From Peribolospora baueri (Eukaryota), in NCBI GenBank assembly GCA_029717555.1, contig JAMDHS010000002.1, forward strand, positions 62,001-126,000: a DNA stretch of 64,000 nt, given 5' to 3'. Both the position numbers and the translations under genes were made by a program. This document shows, one piece after another, positions 54,964 to 64,000 of this stretch; positions within the stretch are counted from its first letter, which is position 1; each line of letters starts with the position of its first letter. The notes under the pieces were generated by a model, which saw only the letters and a program-made list of their open reading frames with translations, was not told the origin of the DNA and did not search any database.

Positions 54964-55040
54964 ACAAACCTTTAGAACAAAGGCTTATTAGCCTCAGCAG
55001 ATCGTAGCAACAAGGCTACTCTACTGCTTACAGCACCCTG
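54964..55040 (-). pseudogene. 3'-terminal ~75 nt fragment of 25S/28S (LSU) rRNA
   Basis: Minus strand GGGTGCTGTAAGCAGTAGAGTAGCCTTGTTGCTACGATCTGCTGAGGCTAATAAGCCTTTGTTCTAAAGGTTTGT matches the conserved fungal LSU 3' end. There is no LSU sequence upstream of about 55040. Confidence 0.9.
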
Positions 55041-55650
55041 AGCCCGGGAAAGGTCGTCACGAAGCTCGGGCGAGACTGTGGCCGTCGATTCGATCTGGAC
55101 TGCATGAGCTGTGGCCTCGAAAGGTGAGTCGGATCATTCCAGTCGGGAGAGTGCGTCAATATTGACGTGGTAGCGTCCGGTGCGGTGCCGAATGTCTAGG
55201 CGCGACCGGTACTGGCTGACGATCAGAGACCAGCAGTAGGCGACTGTTGAGCTTCGCGGGCGCAACAAGCGACCTCCGTTTCGGTGGGCCAAAAGGTACG
55301 CTCTACGGAATTGAGCATCCTCGACAGGAAGAGGACAGGACGCTCGTGCGGTCGGTTTCGTCGGTTCCGGGTGCGAGCTGGTGGACTGCGACCGCCATAC
55401 CGTGTTTTTTGCTGACGTCGCAATAGAAGATGAACAGCCGCGAAAAGTCGGGACGGACGACAGCCGGCGAGCTGGTGAGAATGTTCTTCAGCTCTTCGAA
55501 GGAGCGCTTGGCGTCCTCTGTCGCTTCGACTTTGGCGGATTCGGTGAAGTGAAGTTCTTGCGGGCTGGTCCCCCCCTCTGTCGCCTTGACTTTAATTCCG
55601 CTCCCATTTTTTCGCCGAGGCGGCGCTTGCTTGTCACCGGCGGCAGGACA
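55041..55650 (-). mobile_element. Degenerate Ty3/gypsy LTR-retrotransposon pol fragment (RT connection and RNase H)
   Basis: Across frames: SFEELKNILTSSPAVVRPDFSRLFIFYCDVSKKHGMAVAVHQ, ERPVLFLSRMLNSVERTFWPTETEVAC, KLNSRLL/WSLIVSQYRSRLDIRHRTGRYHVNIDALSRL. Frameshifts, an internal deletion, no LTR seen. Confidence 0.88.
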
Positions 55651-55654
55651 TGAC

Positions 55655-56765
55655 GACTGAAAGGAAGGACCCAAACCCACGGCTTGAAAATGGCGTCCTT
55701 TCCGTTCGTCTCAACGTAGCTGGTCCAGACGAACCCGAGGGATGACCAGATCGTACGAGCGGAGGTGAGAAGCGGAGCTGACCTGAAACATCGTCGCCTG
55801 CCGACATAGTCGCGCGAGCCAAGCAATACTGAAAGCGACGCGAACGCACCTCAACAAACGGTTCATGCAGAATGCGGCGCAGAATTCCGCGGTCATGCGA
55901 AAGGCGAGGACGGTGGCGAGGAAAAGGGAGTCCTTCTAGAATAGCCTGGCGAAGCCAATGAAGACGTGCCTGCCCGGCTTCATTTGCTTTCCCTTCTGCC
56001 CCTCCTTGGACTTGGCTTCGGCCGTTGCGAGGTGGCCGCTGTTCGAGTCGCCCATCCACAGCCTCTTTCCGACCCTCCCACGAGTCCGTAAAAATACGGA
56101 TCGAGCAACGGCAGCGCCTTGTCGGCCAAGCCGGCCTGTTGTAATCTGCCAACAGAGGGAGATCGTCTTCGGGCACGGCGTCCACCTGAGAGGCACGTCG
56201 AATGAGCGGCTGCAACCAGGTCCAGGTGGATGAAGCTGATCGGCGAGCACGTTTGCTGTGGGTGCGGGCTGAGGTTGGTGACGTAGTCGTTGCGACTCCG
56301 GACGGGCGTCCAAACACGCGGGGTGATGAGGTGTACGAACGCACCGGCGAAGAAGACGAGGGAGAGGCGGAGGATGGAAACGGCTTGAAGGAGGCCGGGT
56401 TGGAGAGTGAAGAGGGGAGGATTTCGGTAGACGAAGGTGCACCAAGGGAGGATGTCTGTGAGCACGTAGATACTCATGGGTACGAAGAGGAGGACCATCA
56501 CCATCCTCCCCAGCGACTTGCGCGTCGAAACGCGCTTGGAGAAGGTCTGGATACAAGAGAAAGTGCTGAGGTAGGCGTAGAAGATGAGGTTTCCCAGCTC
56601 AAGGCACTCCTCAGAGCGCAGCTCGTGGCGAAGCTTCTCGGGGTCCTTCTCCTTCCGAAATCCCCTCTCCCATTCCTTCAAGAACCTTGCGCCGCCTTTC
56701 CCGTCGCTTTGTTCGTCCCGATCGTCGTCGTGATCTTTCGCTGCACATCGTCGCCTACCTGCTGC
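55655..56765 (-). pseudogene. Fragment of an ABCC (MRP-like) transporter gene (TMD0, linker and start of TMD1)
   Basis: LITPRVWTP...PHPQQTCSPISF/TWLQPLIRRASQV..VPEDDLPLLADY, RHVFIGFARLF*KD...MNRLL|.YVETNGKDAIFKPWVW. Several frameshifts, TAG at 55936-55938, retained intron 55720-55849, no nucleotide-binding domain. Confidence 0.8.
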
Positions 56766-58276
56766 AGAGCAAATGGTACACAGCACGTGCGAGGTTCAGT
56801 CGGTCTGTCTGAGAAGAGCAAGGGAAGAAAGAGAAAAAAGAGAAAAAAAAGGTCGGACGTGAGGGGATGAGCGTGACGAGTTGTGGTTGACGTAAACACG
56901 CGCCGAAACACGCGCCGACCGTCGCCATCCGGAACGACGAACGAGACGAGACGAGGCGACGCGAGGTGTTTCCTAGTCTAAGTGCTCCCGGCGGGCCCGG
57001 CGGGCGGGAAGGTGGCGATGGGGCGACGGCAGTGCTTGGAGGTTTGTACTTGCATGCATGCACACATACAGACAGACAGACAGACAAACGTACAGTGCTG
57101 TCTGCACGTGGGTACAGAGGGAGAAGGGCGAGGGGGAGAGAGAGGGAGAGGGAGGGAGGATGGGGGCGATGTTGGCATGCGACGACGCCACTCGCGCTCA
57201 CTAACGGAGATACAGGGGATGGTGGGAGAGAGAGAAAGGGTATTGTTAACGAGATGGGGGGACGAGAGCGCGGGTGACGCGGTCGAAGAGAATTTCTTGC
57301 ACGACCGACCGACGGACCGGGGAGCGTATCGGAGAGTGCCGTCCATTCATTCATCAAGACAGGGACATTTGCGCTTCTTCTTTTTCTTTTTCTTTTTTTT
57401 TTTTTTGCTGACATGGGACGATGCCGCAGTTTGAAATTTCCATTAGACTCGTACTGGTACTTGGTTCCAATGCTTGCTTGGCTTGGCTCCATCGGGGTAC
57501 GGACCGTCGCCCCAGGCGCGTGCAGCGGCATAGCATCGCATGGCATCGCATTGCGTCGCATCGCATGTGTCGCAGGCAAAGGAAAAGAAAAAAGGGAACG
57601 GATGAAAGGATAGATATTTTTCCGTATTTTCTAACTAAGTAGATAGACAGACGCACGCAGGCACGACACGAGCCACCCGAGCCGAGACCAGACCAGACCG
57701 GCGGTCCGGCCCCACTCGCCGTCCGTCCCGCGGTGGGATCGGTGGATCGGCCGGGCCGGCGGCAAGCTGCAAGCGGCGTGGGGCAGGCGCGACACGCGCA
57801 AGATAGGTGGAGGGGGAGGAGGAGGATGGGATGATGCTACGATGATGACAGGCGGTCCGTCGCGTCGCGTTACGTTCACGTCACTGGGAATGGAAGGACG
57901 TCGTCGTCGTGCCAGAGCACGCGCGCGCCGTGAACGGTAACGGTAACGGTAACGAGGACAAGGGCTCGTGACCGTTGAAGCGCAGCGCTGCGTTGCGCTC
58001 CGGAGGCGAGCGGAGAGGCGACATTGAGTATTCCAACGTAAACGTAACTCGTGAGCTGTGCTGTCTGTCCTGTGACCAGGAAACGAGGTCAAGTCAAGTC
58101 AAGTCGACTTGAGTTGAGTCTGTGGCGCGCGGGGGACCGGCGTATAATAAGCGACGGCGACGACGGACGAACGGACGAAAGGACGGAGGGGGCGGCCACT
58201 TCTGCGCGTGCGTTGTGGGACCTGACCAGCCCGCCGGTCTCGACCGTCTGTACCGTGTTCCCGTCCGGCGGCAAAC

Positions 58277-58867
58277 GGCATGGCATGGCATGGCATGGCA
58301 TGACGTGGCATGTCATGGCACGGCTGGCTGGCTTAGCTTCGCTTGGCTCGGCATGGGCATTGCAACGCCAGGCAGGCGGGGAGGCCACGGCAGGGATAGT
58401 ATGGGGGCACGGTAGACGAACGGAGCGGAGGGAGCGAGGGTGGCTGCTGTCGGCACCAATTTTTCCTTTCTCTTTCTTTCCACTCCTCCTCCGTCCATCC
58501 GTCCTTCCGTCTCCAGCCGGCGGGAAGGAGACAGAATGGAAAAGGGAGGGACGGGTGGTCTGCTCGCTTCGGCATCCATCGGGGACATTCTCATCTCTAG
58601 TCTTGCTTTTCTCTTTGGCCTGGCCAAGCGAGCCACGAGCCACGAGCCACGAGCCACGAGTGACTAGTGGCTAGCGGCGTGCTAAGCTGGATGACCGCCC
58701 CGCATTGGCGTCCTTGCGAGCGTACCTTTTTTGACGTTGTCGCGAGTCGAGGAAGTTGTGTGTCGACTGCGACTGTTTGTATAGTCCAGTCACCGTGCCA
58801 TGTCCGCCCAAGCCATGATGGAGCCGGACTGGACTGGCCGACGACGACGACGACGACGACGACGACG
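58277..58867. repeat. Simple repeats: (GGCAT)5 at 58277-58301, (GAGCCAC)4 at 58630-58657, (ACG)n at ~58839-58867
   Basis: Read directly from the sequence. Confidence 0.9.
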
Positions 58868-59912
58868 AAGGGACGGAAGAAGGAAGAGGCGAGGCGGGCG
58901 GGTCGGGACGCCAAGCGAGGCAAAGCGGCTTCGCGCGTGCCTCGCCTCGCTGAGCCGAGTGTGAGCCGCAGGCACCGGCGCGTCAGGAACGGGCTGCGGA
59001 GGAAGAAGGAGTGAGATGCAGATGGGGATGGGCAGGGAGGGAGATGATAGCCAGCGAGACGAGACGCGTAGATACACACTCACACATTCGTCGATTCCAT
59101 TTCGTCCCCCACTCGTCGTCTCGCTTTCCGACGCTGTCCCTCCCGCCGTATTCCATCACCTTACCGTCGTCTGTCGCCCCACTGTTTTGTCCCGTACCTA
59201 CCTTCCTGTACCTTACGGATGGCTTGCTTGTTTGTCGGCTCGGATCGGTCGCTCGTGCCCGCCCAAATGCATCCATCCATCGTATCCTTCCCTTGGTGTG
59301 CGTGGTGTGACCGGCCGCTTACGCTTACGCGCGCGTCAGCTGCAAAGCCCACGCGCGCTGCCGACTCCATCTCGTGCAACGACCGACGACCGAGGCTGTG
59401 GGATGATCGACGCCCCAGGCCAAGGCCGCGGCTCCCTCCACTCCCGCCCGCCCGACCGCCACGCACGCGCGCCCGCCGGAGGTGCGCAGGTGGAGGAAGA
59501 GGAAGGGACGACAGAGACGACAGGGGACGGGACGCTGCAATGCCATATATGTGCCATGCTATGGACATGGACGAGGCACGGGATGCGATGGGGATGAACG
59601 ATGATGGGACGGCGATGATGACGCGAGTCACAAACACCCACCATCCTCGTCCTCGTCATGCACCTCACCTCCCTCACCATCACCGTTCACATAAGCGACA
59701 ATAAACGTGGTCGCCCTCGTCGTCGCCCGTCCCTTTCTTTTCCTCCTTTCTCTCTTCCCCCTTTCGGTCCGACTACTCCCTTCTCCCCCGCACAAACCTA
59801 GGCTACTACTTATCGCCACCGCACACAGTCCGTCACCACTGCACCACCACCACCGCCTCCTCAACTTGCACCACCATCGCCGTCATCACCGCCATCGCCA
59901 CCACCACGTCGC

Positions 59913-62850
59913 ATGTCCACCTCCCACCCATCCTCCCCCTACGCCCTCCCCTCCCACCCCCACCCCCGCCTTGCCCCGCCAGCGCTCGTTCTAAAGCCGC
60001 CGACGCCATCGGAGCAAGACCAGGCGAGCATGGCCTCCGATGCAACCCCGCCCGCTGGCAGGTTTTCAAAGCTTGATCAGCGTCACCCGCCCAACACCAA
60101 CCACAGCAACAGCAGCAATCGTTCCAGTTGCGCCGACGCTCGCTCGAGACAGACTCTCTTCTCCGCCCCTGGTAGGAAGAGGCGTAGGTTGCAGAAGGTG
60201 AGCGAGCGAGCCGGCGGGCGCGGGAGGCAAGGCAGCGTAGGCACACGTCGCACCTCCTCGTCTCCTTTTCTTTGCTCACTTCCACCATGCTCCTCCCCAG
60301 GCCTGCGTCGCTTGTCATCGCGCAAAACGACGCTGCGACGGCTTCCTCCCCTGCAGCAACTGCGACTTTACCGGCCGCCAGTGCGTCTACAGCGACGCCA
60401 ACGGAAACCCCGTCCCTCCGCCGCCCCGAGCACCAGAGGCGAGGGACGCTGGCCGCGTCTCGGCCGCCGCTTATATCGCCTCCATCAACGGTGGTGCCGC
60501 CGGCACCGCTGCTGCCCCCACCTCTTCCTCCGCCTCGCCCTCCTCCCCTTCTCGTCCCTACGCCCCGCTCTTCGCCCATGCTACCGCCTCGTCGCCTGAT
60601 ACCGCCCTCTCCACGCACATCGGTGTATCGCCCGACGTCGACGCCGACCTCCAGCGCGAGTTCGTGGAAGGTGAGTCGGTCGGGCGGGCCCCATGTCGTC
60701 GTATCCCAGCTCAACCCTTCCTTCCGCCAGCCTTCTTCACCCACCTTCACCCCTTCAGCCTCCTCTTCCACCGCCCCACCTTCTTTCGCCACCTCCACCG
60801 CGCTGCCTTCTCGCCCCTCCTCCTCCACGCTCTCTACGCCGTCTCCGCCCGCCTCCTCCCGAGCCTCGCGGACGCCCACCGCGCCGGAGACGCCCATGCG
60901 CGCTTCGCTCGTGCCCTCCTCTTCTCCCCCGAGCGTCCCGGTAGCGAGCGCACGCCCATCGACGCCCCCGCCCTCGACACCGCACAAGCCCTCCTCCTCC
61001 TCGCCCTCCACGAGCTTGGCATGGCCAGGCTCGAGCGTGCATGGGCTTACCTTGGCATTTGCGTCCGCATGATCGCCGCCTTCGGCCTGCCCAGTCCTCC
61101 GAGAAGGAAAAGGAGAAGGAAGAGGGAGTGGGGAGAAGAGGAGGACGAGGAAGAGACGCAGGATGCCACCGTCAACCGCCTTTTCTGGCTCGCCTGGACC
61201 CTCGACGCCCTCCTCGCTTCCCTCCTCCGACGCCCGCGCGCCTTTTCCCCGGACGATGTCGCCCGTGTGCCCCTTCCCAGCGCCGACGACGCCTCCTTCC
61301 ATCGTCGACCCCACCCAGACGCCTACATCCGCTCCTCCCTCGCCGAGCAGGAGACCGTGTCCGAGTTTGGCTTGCTCGTCCGCGTCGTCGACCTGTTCGC
61401 CCGCGTCAACGCGCGCTGGCCGTCGCCGTCCACCTTTTCTCCTCCATCCCCATCCCCGTCTCCATCTTCATCCCCCGCCGTATCCCCATCCACCCGATCC
61501 GAGTTGGCCGAGTGCCACCGCGCCCTCGCCGCCTGGCGCGCCTCCGTGCCCTGTGGTGGCCTTGTGAACGCCGCCGCCGCCGCCGCCGCCACCGGAACCC
61601 TCAGGCCTGAGGCGTGGTGCTACTCGTTCATGCACGCCATTGCGCTCTGCGTCGAGTTGAGACTTTGCGAGGTGAACGCCGAAGCGAAAGAGAAACGGCG
61701 GGCTGTCGTCGCAGAGCTGATCAACGTGCTCGAGTCCTTCGTCCCCACCGGCTTCAAAAGCCCCCTCCTCGCCTATCCTCTCCACGTCTGCCACCAGTGT
61801 CAGGCCTCTTCGCCCGATGGCCGCGTCGAGCACCGCTTGCTTGCTTGGAAGGACGCGCTGGACACGTCGTGGAGGCTCCCTTGGGATCAGCTTTTCCCTC
61901 CCCGTCCGTCCGTCGAGCCTTGCGACCCCACCGCCACCGCCAGCGATCAAGGTCAACCCTTCTATCCCGCCCTGCCGCCTATGCACTTTTCCGACCGTCC
62001 TCCCATGGCCGCCGCCAGCGACATCGACGTCAAGCGCATCCGCAGCTTTAGCAGCCCAGAGCCCCACGCCGAGCCCCGCGTCGAGCCCGGCTCACCGGGC
62101 GGTTACCCTTTCTATTCGCCTCCTTCGCCCGCTGTGTCGCTCCTATCGCCTTTGACCAACGGCACTACTGCTCCGACGGCCAGCCCCGGTCCTCGCTCGC
62201 CTCCTCCTGCCCACGGCTCGTTCCCATCGCCTCAGCGCGCTCCTCATCCGGCCTACTACCACCCGCAGTCGGCTTCCCTCGCTCCTCCCTCGCCCGGTCA
62301 CTCGATCCATCACCGTTCCCATCACTCTCACTCGCGTAGCCAGCCCTGCTCGCCGGCGTACCAGGACGGCCACCACCCCCATCAGCACCAACACCACCAC
62401 CACCAGCACAGCGGCAGCGTCGATGGCTATCCCGACCTCCCGCCGCCGCCAGGCTCCGTGCTCCCGCCGTTGCGTGTCCCTTCACCGCGCCACTACGAGT
62501 ACGCGCCGTCCTCGGCCATTCCTGAATTGGCCGCCGCCAACCACGACGACCAGCGTCATCATCATCATCACCATTATCCGCACCACCACCACCTCGCCCC
62601 CGTACCAGCCACGTCGACGTGGCGAGCCGCCATCCCATCGCTCCCTCTGCCACTCCCTGCCACCTCTCCCACCGCCAGCGACCTCTCGAACCCGGTCCCC
62701 TCGGCAGCAGCGGCGGGGCACGGAGCTCGAGTCGAGCCTGGCTACGCGAACGCACACGGGCACATCCATGGACATGGACATGAACATGGGCTCGGCACGG
62801 CGCAGCTGCCGCCTCTCATGGGCTACCTTCGCGAGGAGAAGTCGATTTGA
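59913..62850 (+). CDS. Zn(II)2Cys6 transcription factor with fungal-specific TF domain and Pro/His-rich tail, 3 exons; start 59913 or ~60030
   Basis: RKRRRLQK|ACVACHRAKRRCDGFLPCSNCDFTGRQCVY, then FFTHLHP...FHRPTF, AQALLLLALHE, AWAYLGICVRM, RLFWLAWTLD. Confidence 0.93.
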
Positions 62851-63287
62851 CTTGGACTGGACCACTCGCTTCTTTCGTTATCGTTCGTCGCCCTCGTTTG
62901 CTTATTTCTTTTTTCGTCAGTCGGTCGCGATACGTATGGACGCTTTCTCGTGATTTTTTCGTCGCACTCCTCTCTCTTCTTTTGATCGGGTTTTGGTTCG
63001 GGTTTGTAACTGTCACCTCCACATCCCTTTTCTTCTTCTTTTTTTTTTTTGTCGTTTGCCGCGAGTCTCCCTCGCCATTCCACCAAGCTGAGTGAGGTTA
63101 TTTGTAAAGTAAAAAACACAACACAAACACGGCTCTCTTCCTTCCCTCTTATTACTAGTTCGTCTGTCTGTCTGTCCGTCGGTCAGTCCGTCGGTGAGCG
63201 GTTGGTTTGACAAACTTGGAACACTTCCGCGACGTCGTACACACACTGGTGTTTCGTGCATGCGTGCGTCCGCTGAGATGACCTCCC

Positions 63288-63288
<1 letters not shown>

Positions 63289-63326
<38 letters not shown>

Positions 63327-63356
63327 GAAAGAGAGAGAGAGAGAGAGAGTGTGTGT
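63289..63356. repeat. Compound microsatellite (TA)n(GA)n(GT)n
   Basis: Read directly from the sequence. Confidence 0.95.
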
Positions 63357-63766
63357 GGAGGTTCGAGCAGTCCCAAAGACCCCAATGGTCTTGGATTTCC
63401 CTCCTCCTTCAGCGCTTTCTCCCCCCTCGCCTCGTGTCGTGTCGTGTCGTCAGTCGAAACAATTCCTTCTCTGGACGGCCCATGTGAATGGCCGTATAGC
63501 CGTAGACGGAAGGAAGTGAGGGACGGCGGCGTGGGCGAGTTAGTTCGTCGGACCGACCAGACTCGATCGATCATGCTGTTCTGTTCACCCAACCTAACCC
63601 CCGTCCCATCCTTTCGTTTACGACAGATTCACTTTTGTGGACGACACCCGAGGACGCGGTCATGTTCCAATAGGGTTTCATCCATCTCAGATGTCCGTCT
63701 CGGACGGCGCGGTATAAGTACATCACATCGTATCTCATCGTCACCACACATCGACCCACCCCCCCT

Positions 63767-64000
63767 TCACTCGGGCACCACGCTCTCCTCGTGGAACGCG
63801 CCAAGCGCCTTGAGCGCGTCGGCCAACCGCCGATAATCGGCCAGCAGCCGAGCCACCTCGCCCAGACGGAGCTCCTCCTCGGAACATTCGAGGAAGCGCT
63901 GGATGGGCGGCGCGAACGTCGTGCTGCCGCCGGCGGACAAGGCGGACGTCGACGGCACCGGCAGTGGGACGGTGGACACGCCGGGAGACGAGGAAGACCT
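63767..64000 (-). CDS. VPS9: 3' end of a gene running off the window; probable Vps9 Rab5 GEF C-terminus
   Basis: PPIQRFLECSEEELRLGEVARLLADYRRLADAL resembles the C-terminal helix of fungal Vps9 as recalled; the VPS9 domain itself is not in the window. Confidence 0.6.
   Translation of the reverse strand, partial: RSSSSPGVSTVPLPVPSTSALSAGGSTTFAPPIQRFLECSEEELRLGEVARLLADYRRLADALKALGAFHEESVVPE

Noticed and set aside
55041..55650. Pol III-targeted Ty3 insertion upstream of the 5S gene
   Set aside because: The piece is an internal pol fragment with no LTR end and is separated from 5S by rDNA-derived sequence, so it is not an integrase-made junction.
54393..56875. 8-bp direct repeat TGAGCGTG (54393-54400 and 56868-56875) as target-site duplication of the mosaic
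   Set aside because: The boundaries are not independently known, no terminal inverted repeats lie inside it, and an 8-mer match across such flanks can easily arise by chance.
59833..61314. 493-aa Gly/Glu-rich minus-strand ORF and the overlapping 266-aa plus-strand ORF
   Set aside because: Alternative frames of the GC-rich Zn2Cys6 gene with no recognisable domain.

Overview
Eukaryotic, intron-rich, GC-rich fungal DNA, most consistent with a basidiomycete (short GT-AG introns with GTGAGT donors, basidiomycete-style 5S rRNA). It is a compact chromosome-arm segment with about 24 spliced protein genes: ARP8, a DUF4598/NOPCHAP1-like gene, a NuSAP-like SAP protein, an amino-acid/amine permease, a MATE exporter, a bZIP factor, a signal-peptide agmatinase-family enzyme, a large unknown ORF, a YeeE/YedE sulfur transporter, TRM8, RRP41, FAN1, APN2, a ComA/HSA32-like protein, EME1, BUD27, ARG4, a DUF202 protein, a di-ubiquitin/AN1 zinc-finger fusion, NOP2, RPS15, a Zn2Cys6 factor and the 3' end of a probable VPS9. 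The most unusual stretch is about 54.4-56.8 kb, a co-oriented mosaic of an intron-retaining ABCC transporter fragment, a Ty3/gypsy RNase H relic and an orphan rDNA piece (LSU 3' tip, spacer, intact 5S). Other points of interest are the Ub2-AN1 fusion, the fungal NuSAP-like protein, a template-switch duplication at 24 kb and several possible functional gene groupings. Gene spans run start to stop including introns and were spliced by eye. Family calls come from remembered motifs; no database search was run.
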